Notes under the pieces: model-generated
Told to the model about the DNA's origin: nothing
Database searches by the model: none
Seen by the model: only the letters and a program-made list of their open reading frames with translations
Made by a program: the position numbers and the translations under genes
Shown: positions 9,001-16,368 of the stretch, piece after piece
Layout: each line of letters opens with the position of its first letter
How positions within the stretch are numbered: position 1 is the first letter of the stretch
From: Candidatus Woesebacteria bacterium
GTDB lineage: Bacteria > Patescibacteriota > Microgenomatia > UBA1400 > UBA1396
Direction of reading: 5' to 3'
Assembly: GCA_963749595.1 (NCBI GenBank)
Contig: CAVVNJ010000009.1
Span: 1,380 to 65,379, forward strand
Length of the DNA stretch: 64,000 nt

Positions 9001-10060
9001 CAACTACTAACTCGCTTTTATCGCCGGCTTTGGCAACTTCCTCAGTTGGCTGTTCCGCTCCGCCACCTCCTTCCGGGAGTGGAGCTGCCGGTGGGGTCAG
9101 AATGGCTTGTAGAGCGGCCTCGAAAGCGGTCTGAGCCTTTTTACTTTCGTCAGCAAATTGTTTTTTTAATTCTTCAAGTTGCTTTTCTAAACGGGGAAAG
9201 TAATCAACCTGAAAGAAAGTGTCCGCTTCGAGTTCAGCGGCAAACGGATCGGCATTAAGGTCCGGAAAAGCCAGCAGAGCTTCGACTGTTGCCGCCTGTA
9301 ATTCGCCCTGCTCCTTAGCGGTCTTGAGAACCTCGTTAATCAAGCGGGCGCGACTATCGGATTGCCAAATCTGTGTCCATTGTTCTTCTAGAATTTTTTC
9401 TAGGGTTTTATCGAGCGGTTCTTGTTGCTGGTCTTTTTCTTTTTTGAAAAGGGCTTCTTTGGCTTTCTTTTCCGGTTCGGGTAGGGCATTGAGAGCCTCC
9501 CGCAACTGGCTTGTTATCTCTAGATCAACCCCTTTGTCGAAGCCACCGAGGATCTCTTTCAGTTTTGGGTAATTCTCTTTTAATCTCCTTAATATTCCCG
9601 ATTTTTCAAGCCAATCCGATAGTCTTTCCCGCCGCGGATCGATGGCTCCAGCAACCACGGCTGCCTTGGGAATCATTAGGGGATCGATCCGCTTAATCCA
9701 CTCCTCAATGGGGGTCGAAGTTTTGCTGTCCTCAAATCCAGGGGCAATTAGTTCTTCCAGTTTCTGGACCTCAGCCAATTGGGCGGGCTCTAAAGTAATG
9801 CCTGCTTTGCCGATCCAGATTTGGAAAAGTTCCGGAAACGCATCTTTAACGAATCCGTGTAACTGACGCTTAACCGACTCGACTTCAAAGACCTTGGAAC
9901 CGAGGGTAACATTTTCTTTGCCCCGATTGATCGCCTTACGCAGCGGGTTGAGAAATTCTGTCTTGAACTGGTCCCAGGTTTTATCCTCAAAACTAAAATC
10001 TTTCAGCGCATCAATCAGTCCGGTCGGATCGCGAAATTTGATGGGAGAGTCATCGGCCAT
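6095..10060 (-). CDS. giant T4SS-associated protein: helical N-terminal region, multi-TM Gly/Ala-rich segment, C-terminal CHAP-like cysteine peptidase/amidase
   Basis: CHAP-like Cys motif LFWCTWLV and His motif GDDHVAIA near the C-terminus. ATG at 10060 lies 9 nt after a TATAAT. The longest ORF uses GTG at 10102. Confidence 0.7.
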   Translation of the reverse strand: MADDSPIKFRDPTGLIDALKDFSFEDKTWDQFKTEFLNPLRKAINRGKENVTLGSKVFEVESVKRQLHGFVKDAFPELFQIWIGKAGITLEPAQLAEVQKLEELIAPGFEDSKTSTPIEEWIKRIDPLMIPKAAVVAGAIDPRRERLSDWLEKSGILRRLKENYPKLKEILGGFDKGVDLEITSQLREALNALPEPEKKAKEALFKKEKDQQQEPLDKTLEKILEEQWTQIWQSDSRARLINEVLKTAKEQGELQAATVEALLAFPDLNADPFAAELEADTFFQVDYFPRLEKQLEELKKQFADESKKAQTAFEAALQAILTPPAAPLPEGGGGAEQPTEEVAKAGDKSELVVGAKSRLKPLFAQLAGIPDFTTRNDALQELADAAKNLDIVYERAQLYNIGDLEAVIDLDLDSREENAAISYDQLGNFVDRLVTSVAETAKRFLPTEEAARAAPTPAVTPPGALVTPVPTGPELTEPEARKTISELVHVQQTMVSLGLEELRAALLKQKISPKEIDEIIARNRETVAQQIWLEFLQRGGLARDLKFSDMATIWTEVVQKNLDRISVEKQVAPSKISREARDEFLQTMSSAGYSIAEIEGLFENLELKTFEQLALVAQKANLLTQEQRRNTIKEILTGKQFLETDAGLAADAFSSGDRNKIITYLLKNEFPKLSANDQRVFAQLNGKEGLNASELQELARIFRLMVKNYPAETDFLFTASELAEIHTLLARQQKATQILQDKINQARQTAGGKIFANSFVSPGGASLNVAKVEQVTEQEATVHTRETFLMEAVISFAFEKNPNANIALVMQQFYADPRQTLAMLADGMVAGYDDAGHPVPGGANLSPQQQAQMAQMQGQNYGNFAKQQQKAADSKVAQQRAALLMALIASGGNPAMLLKKFLTDAQAREALIAEARRLMPYLIGGGALLMAPTVLFWLKVLEAARAIADAAAAAYNFAAGAANNLSNFFGGVVNGITGGASGAITGGSTAAAIGKEVGANAATTGKIATSQIVPAATNTANSTLLASFDATNSFLTGTVSAAAPTAVVFGAVFGPMAFAVFMTFIVFSVIGGSLNDLPLGAIGEGAGGPKRSFCFEGNDRIAKTAIEISNGLEQRWWKYYNYHPNWPELFDFELYNSYTPKTGESILGYAEPDYFVALKKRGRERNGADLFWCTWLVVKTYQENSLPVSTNLSVHGMRGEWPTKVNEVIKNENLDAEEIPLGSAVFIGVENPESGDDHVAIACNIDLNSDGTGTFTTCDSNNFRTQVNYNIRDGEVLRTQMSGDITIDYFGLPPKELGGACSSGASPSPSPGGAAAPEVLL

Positions 10061-10069
10061 GATATCTGA

Positions 10070-10084
10070 ATTATATGCTAGAAT
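10070..10084. promoter_or_regulatory. back-to-back divergent -10 elements for the T4SS-like operon (-) and the pilin array (+)
   Basis: Minus-strand TATAAT (10070-10075) and plus-strand TGcTAGAAT (10076-10084) lie inside a 34-bp spacer. Confidence 0.5.
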
Positions 10085-10094
10085 CGACCTAGTT

Positions 10095-10427
10095 ATGAGC
10101 ACACTCTTAGCTCAAGTTGACTTGGAAAAAGCTTTCCTTTTAAACCCGAAGGGCGACACGGTCGCCGATACTTTTGCTAACCCGGCGGCTCTCATCAACA
10201 TTATCCTGCCCAACCTACTGGTTTTTGCGGGAGTACTGCTGTTTATTTTCACGGTGGCCGCGGGTTTTAAAATGGTGATGAGTCCGAGCGGACAAAAAGA
10301 ACCCGGACGAGGGCAAAAAGCGGATCAGTTACGCGTCGGTGGATTTGTACTGTTGTTCATTTCTTACTGGATCGCTCAGATTGTGGAAAATTTCTTAGGA
10401 ATCTCGATATTAGGGGGGACGCCATGA
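10095..10427 (+). CDS. T4SS pilin-like two-TM protein (divergent member)
   Basis: Two hydrophobic helices separated by a short polar loop, like the downstream paralogs. Confidence 0.55.
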   Translation: MSTLLAQVDLEKAFLLNPKGDTVADTFANPAALINIILPNLLVFAGVLLFIFTVAAGFKMVMSPSGQKEPGRGQKADQLRVGGFVLLFISYWIAQIVENFLGISILGGTP

Positions 10428-10876
10428 TGGCTTTAATTGCTCAGGATAATCCGTTCGGCGAGATCCAGCCGCCGGAGGCGTCTGGAGAAGGGTTTTGGGA
10501 CTTTGGGCAGCGGCGGAGCAGGTTTGACCGGATTTATTTCCAACGGCGTGGTTTTGATTACCATGATCGGCGGAATCTGGGCGTTGTTTAATATTCTTGA
10601 CCGCCGGCTTGGCGGTGATCACGGCTGATGGCGACCCGAAAAAGCTTGGGCGAGATGACCGACAAGATCAAGAAAAGTTTTATCGGTTTGCTGATTATGG
10701 TGTCGGCGCCGCTGCTGGCGGCGCTAATCGGTCTCTTCTTCTTTGGCGACGCGTCATTTCTGCTCCAACCGACGATCTTAACCCCGGAGGACCATAATAT
10801 GATGCGCAACTTGTTGGCTCAGGGTCTGGAATTAGGAGGCGAGCCAATTACGGGCGCTGGTCCGCTTGGGCGATGA
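10424..10876 (+). pseudogene. T4SS pilin-like gene interrupted by three frameshifts
   Basis: The family-like sequence is only continuous by reading frame 2, then 0, then 1, then 2. Shifts lie near 10495, 10600 and 10640. Confidence 0.6.
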
Positions 10877-11199
10877 TGGCTGGCAAAGATGCTCCTCTAT
10901 TTTTTGAGGAGCAACTCTCGAACATCATCGGTTTCATCACTCTGCTGGGTGGAATTTTTTTCATCGTCTTCTTTTTGATTGCTGGTTTCGAATGGCTCCA
11001 GGCCGGAGGCGATACGGGCAAAGTCGAGAAGGCCCGGTCGCGGATGATCAATGCGGCGATCGGCTTGTTGGTGATGATCCTGGCGACGGCGCTGATCGGC
11101 ATTATCAGCGGCGTGTTTGGGTTTGATATTCTCAATCCGGCCGAGACATTCAGACAATTAATTCCCTCTACCGGAAAAAGTTTCATCAGGACGCCGTAA
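10873..11199 (+). CDS. T4SS pilin-like protein (TrbC/VirB2-type, two TM)
   Basis: AGGDTGKVEKARSRM loop between two TM helices. Confidence 0.75.
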   Translation: MMAGKDAPLFFEEQLSNIIGFITLLGGIFFIVFFLIAGFEWLQAGGDTGKVEKARSRMINAAIGLLVMILATALIGIISGVFGFDILNPAETFRQLIPSTGKSFIRTP

Positions 11200-11220
11200 A
11201 GTGGTAGGATCAATAAAAGC

Positions 11221-11643
11221 ATGAAACAACTCCTCCTGGCCCAAATCACCAATCCCGCCGTTCCGGCTCTGGAAACCGTCAGCGGCGACAGCGCGACTTT
11301 TGGCGCAACCGTACTCGGCCAATACATCGGTATCCTGATCCAGACCTCAGCCGTTCTCGGTGGATTGGCCACTTTGCTTTATATGTTCATGGGTGCGCTG
11401 CAGTGGATCACCGCCGGCGGCGATACCGGAAAGATCGACAAAGCTCGTGGTCGGATGCTGCAGGGTTTAGTAGGTCTGGGTGTTTTGGTTTCCGTGGTCG
11501 GTATTGCCAGCTTTATAGGCCCGGTTTTCGGACTCGACTTACTGGCGCCGACGTTTATTAATCAACTCTCCGGCGGGTCTGGACGCTCAGGAACGATTAA
11601 AACCTTACCTGGTCTGCCCCTAATTCGATATGAGGTACCGTAA
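11221..11643 (+). CDS. T4SS pilin-like protein
   Basis: AGGDTGKIDKARGRM loop between two TM helices. Confidence 0.75.
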   Translation: MKQLLLAQITNPAVPALETVSGDSATFGATVLGQYIGILIQTSAVLGGLATLLYMFMGALQWITAGGDTGKIDKARGRMLQGLVGLGVLVSVVGIASFIGPVFGLDLLAPTFINQLSGGSGRSGTIKTLPGLPLIRYEVP

Positions 11644-11652
11644 AGGAAATAT

Positions 11653-11961
11653 ATGTTATCTGTTTTCCAAGCCACCGTCGACATCCGAGGCAACCTAGGT
11701 GGCGGCGTGGCTGGTCAGACCGATCTTGGCGTAATAGTCGCTGGCTTTCTGGGAGCGGCGATCGTTATTGCGGCCCTATTATCTTTTGGCTATTTGGTGC
11801 TGGGAGGCCTGGCTTGGGTCATGTCTGGGGGCGACAAAGGCAAAGTCGAATCCGCTCAAAAGAAAATCACCCAAGCGATTGTTGGTCTAGCGTTAGTCGC
11901 TGCCAGCTACGCGTTGTTCCAAATCGTGCAGTACTTCTTTGGGATTCAAATTTTGGAGTAG
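11653..11961 (+). CDS. T4SS pilin-like protein
   Basis: SGGDKGKVESAQKKI loop between two TM helices. Confidence 0.75.
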   Translation: MLSVFQATVDIRGNLGGGVAGQTDLGVIVAGFLGAAIVIAALLSFGYLVLGGLAWVMSGGDKGKVESAQKKITQAIVGLALVAASYALFQIVQYFFGIQILE

Positions 11962-11968
11962 TCCTGAA

Positions 11969-11997
11969 TTGACAGCGAAAATAGGGTAATATACAGT
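11969..11997 (+). promoter_or_regulatory. putative promoter of the last pilin gene
   Basis: TTGACA at 11969, then TATACA/TACAGT 15-17 nt downstream. Confidence 0.4.
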
Positions 11998-12025
11998 TAA
12001 AAGAAGAAATAAAGAGGAGAGAAAC

Positions 12026-12439
12026 ATGAATGCGAAAAAAACTCTGGCTGCCTCCGCTGCTTCCGTAGCTGGTTTGTTGGCTTCCACTTCCTTGGCTTTT
12101 GCGCAAGAGGCGCCGACCATTACCGTCAGCTCTGAAAAAGCGAACGTCAAGATTACCGACATTGGTCAGCTGCTGTCCGGATTTATCGGTGCCATGATCT
12201 TGGTTTCGGCATTGTTGGTTTTCGGTTACTTGGTGCTTGGAGGTGTCCAGTGGATTACCTCTGGTGGTGACAAGGGCAAAACCGAAGCCGCCCGCAACAA
12301 GATTACCGCCGCTCTGGTTGGCTTGGCAATCGTGGCTTCTGCTTACGCCTTGATGCAGATCATCGCTTTCTTCTTCGGCGTCAACATATTTGGCACCGGA
12401 ATTACCGAAACCATCAACGTTATTCGGCCTTACAACTAA
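12026..12439 (+). CDS. T4SS pilin-like protein with signal peptide (candidate major pilin)
   Basis: Strong RBS AAAGAGGAGAG, signal peptide ending AFAQE, SGGDKGKTEAARNKI loop, own terminator. Confidence 0.8.
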   Translation: MNAKKTLAASAASVAGLLASTSLAFAQEAPTITVSSEKANVKITDIGQLLSGFIGAMILVSALLVFGYLVLGGVQWITSGGDKGKTEAARNKITAALVGLAIVASAYALMQIIAFFFGVNIFGTGITETINVIRPYN

Positions 12440-12454
12440 ACTCGAAATTAGAAA

Positions 12455-12483
12455 AAGAAGGGCTCCGTCAGGGCCCTTTTTTG
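12455..12483 (+). terminator. rho-independent terminator
   Basis: AAGGGC-9 nt-GCCCTT stem followed by a T-run. Confidence 0.6.
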
Positions 12484-12559
12484 TGCCGGGGTGCGGGCGG
12501 TTCATTTTTCACAATCCTTTTCACGAGTTTGGGACATCTATATCCCGCCAGGTTTTTGC

Positions 12560-12905
12560 GCCCAAAATGGTCCGTAAATGTTCCAGTGATGTTTCCTTAA
12601 CAGTCCACAATCGGTCCCGGTTTGGCCATTGTTGCCAAAATGGGGACCTTTTGGGTACCTTTAGAGTGCCGACTTAAAATTAGGGACTTTATGTGGACCT
12701 TTTACGGACCATCTCGGTCGGCTGCAGAAAGTGGTGGATATTGGGAGCCGTACTCAATCGAACTCGATAATAACCCCACTAGACTTCACATCCTGGACTC
12801 AAACAGTCCCCGAAAAGTCCCCAGTTTAAAATTGGCACCGAGATGGCTCAGAGAAAGTCCCTAAACTACCACTCTGGACCTAAATGGTACCGAAATGTTC
12901 CTCCC
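12560..12905. repeat. ORF-poor region with about 12 GGAC[CT]/[AG]GTCC motifs and a 20-nt direct repeat
   Basis: AAATGGTCCGTAAATGTTCC (12566) matches AAATGGTACCGAAATGTTCC (12882). GGACCTTTT and GTCCCC words recur. Confidence 0.5.
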
Positions 12906-13088
12906 AATGGATTTTTCCAGTGCCACTGCCAACCCATCAGAGGCGCAATTCGGCGGGCAGATATATGTTCCCAGCCATGAACTCGACCATCCGGCTCATT
13001 GGAGTTTCAGGGCTGATTTCTATGTACTAGTACATGAAAATGGGAGAAGTGTTTTTCCTGATGGGCAACCAATCGATATTAAGAGAAA

Positions 13089-14783
13089 TTAAGACTCGGC
13101 GGAAACGTTTTCGACAAATTCCGGCGTCGTCCGCACCGTCTTGCTCCACTGGGAACGCAATCGCTGGTAAATTCTTTGCAGAATGCGCAGCTCCTCAATC
13201 CGGAATAACCAACACAACCCTAGGTAAACAGCACTGCCTAGACCGGTAACTGAAATCGTTAATTGCAACAAAGCCAGTGTGCGGGAGGTTTCAAAAACGT
13301 ACAAATCGAACAACCGCTGAAAGACAAAGAGCGTTAACGCCATTAGAAATGCGGCCAGACCAGTTCTCGATAACGAATCGACTAATTCATGGACGCCATC
13401 CAACTTGATTCGCCAAACCAGCAAAATGAGGAGCAGTGACATTTCAATGATACCCGCGACCGTCAAGGCGATCGCAATTCCTTTCAAGCCGAGAGACATC
13501 TGAATCACGAACAACCAGCCCAAAAATACCGTCAAGATAAAGTAGAAAATTGAAACGATAAAAGGCGTAATGGTGTTGTTGAGGGCATAAAATGCCCGGA
13601 TTAATAGATGGGTTGCTGCCTGGGGGGCGATCGATAAGGCCAAATAGCCCAAGGCTTCAGCGGTCAAGAGAGTTGCCCGCCAGGGTAGATTATCGGTTCC
13701 ATAAGCCAGACGGACGATCGGTACGCGTAGGATTAGCAGTAAAACGGAGGCGGGGGCCGCAAAAAAAGCAATTTGCCGCAGGGAACGGAAAGTCGTTGAA
13801 CGAAATCCGGTTAAGTCGTCATGGCTGGCGGCCAAAAAAGGCAGCGCGGCTTGGCCGATCGAAAGACCAAAAAACCTGATCGGCACCGACATCAGAGCTT
13901 GGGCGTAATTTATGAGCGTTAAACTCAGTCCGCCAATGGCGGTAGTAAAGAAGGTAATGGCGAGTAAATTTAGTTGGTTCAGCCCTAGAGTCAGGGTGCG
14001 AGGTCCGGCCAGCTGAACCAGATGCTTAAGGTCGGCTTTTTTCCAGCGGGGGGACAAATCCAGACGCCACCCAAGTTTCCAGGCCAGCGGAATTTGAATT
14101 AACATGTGGAGAAAAGCTCCGAGCACCGTTCCCCAAGCTGCCGCTAATAATCCCAACTGACGGTTGGCGATCACTACCATCAGGATAATGCCAATGTTGT
14201 ACATGACCGGACTAAAAGCGGGAACGATGAAGCGCTTGGCGCTCTGCAGCATGGCTGAGAAAAAACCGGACAGGGCAAATAAAATTTGAGCCAGCATCAT
14301 GACGCGGGTCATAGTGACCGCTAAATCATGTTGCGTCTGATCAAATCCCGATCCAGTGATCAAGCTGACAAAGCCGTCTGCCCACAAGGCGATGATGATG
14401 CCGGCGACGGCGAAGATTCCCAGCAGCACCAACATTGCCTGATTAGCCAGATTAAAGGCCTCGGTTTTTTCATCTTTGTAGAGTTGAGTGAAGAGGGGTA
14501 GGAAAGCTGAAGAAACCGCTCCTAGAACGATCAGCTGGTAAGCAAACTCCGGCACCCGGAAGGCTACCCAGTAGGATTCCAGCAAATAGTGACGTGTTTC
14601 ACCGACCAAGTAACTGTACTGATCATTAATGAAAAAAGCCCCGAGGACGCGATTTTTGAGCAAGCCAAAAATCGCGGCGGCAACCGTGGCGGTCAAAATA
14701 ATAAAGGCCGCCGACAAGATCGAGGTCTGTTGCGACTCGATCCAAGAACTTTGACGGCGGAACCAGCGAGCCAGCGCTTGCAT
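13089..14783 (-). CDS. murJ: lipid II flippase MurJ/MviN
   Basis: 564-aa polytopic membrane protein with a MurJ-like N-terminus and repeated TM pattern. Confidence 0.8.
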   Translation of the reverse strand: MQALARWFRRQSSWIESQQTSILSAAFIILTATVAAAIFGLLKNRVLGAFFINDQYSYLVGETRHYLLESYWVAFRVPEFAYQLIVLGAVSSAFLPLFTQLYKDEKTEAFNLANQAMLVLLGIFAVAGIIIALWADGFVSLITGSGFDQTQHDLAVTMTRVMMLAQILFALSGFFSAMLQSAKRFIVPAFSPVMYNIGIILMVVIANRQLGLLAAAWGTVLGAFLHMLIQIPLAWKLGWRLDLSPRWKKADLKHLVQLAGPRTLTLGLNQLNLLAITFFTTAIGGLSLTLINYAQALMSVPIRFFGLSIGQAALPFLAASHDDLTGFRSTTFRSLRQIAFFAAPASVLLLILRVPIVRLAYGTDNLPWRATLLTAEALGYLALSIAPQAATHLLIRAFYALNNTITPFIVSIFYFILTVFLGWLFVIQMSLGLKGIAIALTVAGIIEMSLLLILLVWRIKLDGVHELVDSLSRTGLAAFLMALTLFVFQRLFDLYVFETSRTLALLQLTISVTGLGSAVYLGLCWLFRIEELRILQRIYQRLRSQWSKTVRTTPEFVENVSAES

Positions 14784-14841
14784 TAGCGGTAGTATTACCG
14801 ATCCTCCGGGGAACGTCCAGAGCTAGACTTTTTTTGGGATG

Positions 14842-14850
14842 TGATATAAT
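14842..14850 (+). promoter_or_regulatory. extended -10 promoter (TGaTATAAT), 8 nt before the rpsT ATG
   Basis: Sequence match; geometry implies a leaderless or near-leaderless mRNA. Confidence 0.5.
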
Positions 14851-14858
14851 TTCTGCCT

Positions 14859-15095
14859 ATGCCAGTAACTCAATCCGCCAAAAAAGCTTTACGCGTGTCT
14901 TTGCGCAAGCAGACCATGAATACTCGCGTCAAATCGCAGATGAAAACCGCCATTGACGCCTATAAGGCTCAGCCCTCAACCACGGGTTTGTCCGAGGCTT
15001 TCTCCAGAATTGACCGCTTGGTCAAACACAACCTTCTTCCCCGCAACACCGCGGCTCGCCGCAAATCGTTGCTTTCCCGTTTGCTGGCCAAATAA
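14859..15095 (+). CDS. rpsT: 30S ribosomal protein S20
   Basis: MPVTQSAKKALR...NTAARRKS pattern. Confidence 0.9.
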   Translation: MPVTQSAKKALRVSLRKQTMNTRVKSQMKTAIDAYKAQPSTTGLSEAFSRIDRLVKHNLLPRNTAARRKSLLSRLLAK

Positions 15096-15126
15096 CCTCT
15101 CATTCCAGGCATAGTACAATAGTGAC

Positions 15127-16323
15127 GTGTTCCGCGCGCGTTGGGGTTTGCTCTTAGCTTTAGTTTTACTACTCGGATTGGTCATCTGGTGGTTGATCCG
15201 TCAGCCCTGGTTTAAACCCCATCTGGTCAGTCCCTTGTCACGTCTTAGTTACATTCAAATTGATGACCGCCCGGCCAATAAGGTCGATCAGCGCATTTTG
15301 GGTTATCTGCCATATTGGACGCTGAAAGAAGCAACGATCTCTGCTCAATTGACCGATGTGGCCTATTTTTCCATTTCACTAAACGCGGATGGTAAATTGC
15401 GGGAAACGGCCAATGGCGAACGCGATTTAGGCTTAGTACGCCTCCAGGAAGCAAGTTTTACCGATTGGATGCAGGAACGCCATGCTCTGGGGCAGAGAGT
15501 TCAGATCACGGTTTCTTTGTTTGATCCTGACACGATCACTAGTCTGATTAACAGTCAGGCTTCGCGCCGTCAGGCCGCCAATTCTCTAGGCCAGTTGGTG
15601 GCCAGCTATCCTTTCGATGGCGTTCAGCTCGACGTAGAATATTCGGGCGAGGTTTCGGATAGCCTCCGTACCAACTATGTCAGTTTGGTCAAGGATATTG
15701 ATGCCGAATTAGCCAGAATTGATCCTCGAATTGAACTTAGCGTTGCGATGTATGGATCGGCCGCGTCACGCTATACTTTTTGGGATCCCGGCCGCCTTCA
15801 CTCGCTAGTCGATTTTCTGATGGTGATGGCTTACGACTATCATGTGCGCAGTTCACCGGTAGTGGGTCCGGTGGCGCCAATTTTTGGTCGGGGAGCCGGG
15901 CGTTGGGAAAATGATGTGGTGAGTAACATGCGGGATTTACTGCAGCAAGTCCCGGCCGAAAAGATTGTTTTGGGCATACCTTTTTACGGTTACGAATGGA
16001 CCTCTACCTCCGATCAGCCAGGGGCGTCAACCTTTCCCGACAGTGGATCGACCGCCACCTACCAACGGGTGACAGCAATTTTAAGTGATCCTAAACTCAA
16101 GGCCGAGGAGCGCTGGGACGAAGACGCCTTGGCTCCTTACGTGACCTACCAGGAAAACGGTCATACTCAATTCATTTATTACGAAAATACTCGCTCCCTC
16201 TCTTACAAGCTGGATTTTGTGCAGCAGTTGGGATTGCAAGGAATTGGTATTTGGGCCCTGGGCTATGAAGGAGGTCACCCCGAATTGTGGGAAGTGATTG
16301 GCCACAAGTTGCGCGGTCAATAA
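15127..16323 (+). CDS. glycoside hydrolase family 18 domain protein, membrane anchored
   Basis: GH18 catalytic motif FDGVQLDVEY; N-terminal TM helix. Confidence 0.75.
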   Translation: MFRARWGLLLALVLLLGLVIWWLIRQPWFKPHLVSPLSRLSYIQIDDRPANKVDQRILGYLPYWTLKEATISAQLTDVAYFSISLNADGKLRETANGERDLGLVRLQEASFTDWMQERHALGQRVQITVSLFDPDTITSLINSQASRRQAANSLGQLVASYPFDGVQLDVEYSGEVSDSLRTNYVSLVKDIDAELARIDPRIELSVAMYGSAASRYTFWDPGRLHSLVDFLMVMAYDYHVRSSPVVGPVAPIFGRGAGRWENDVVSNMRDLLQQVPAEKIVLGIPFYGYEWTSTSDQPGASTFPDSGSTATYQRVTAILSDPKLKAEERWDEDALAPYVTYQENGHTQFIYYENTRSLSYKLDFVQQLGLQGIGIWALGYEGGHPELWEVIGHKLRGQ

Positions 16324-16368
16324 CTCCATATTGTTTTCTGTTCCTGGTTTTGTTGAGATGAGAGCAAC

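Noticed and set aside
683-13088. The T4SS-like region might be an integrative conjugative element bounded by a tRNA fragment and the repeat-rich spacer.
   Set aside because: No integrase, relaxase or VirD4 is present in the window. The only similarity between the tRNA-like 3' end and the spacer is an 8-mer (aatcgaac, about 12755). The housekeeping gene idi is embedded in the operon.
12390-13092. Three consecutive plus-strand ORFs (12390..12677, 12622..12864, 12895..13092) as real genes.
   Set aside because: There are no RBS or promoter signals. The first overlaps the pilin terminator, and the translations are dominated by the GGACC/GTCCC repeat words. They are treated as noncoding or decayed; the last ORF (65 aa) remains a weak candidate.
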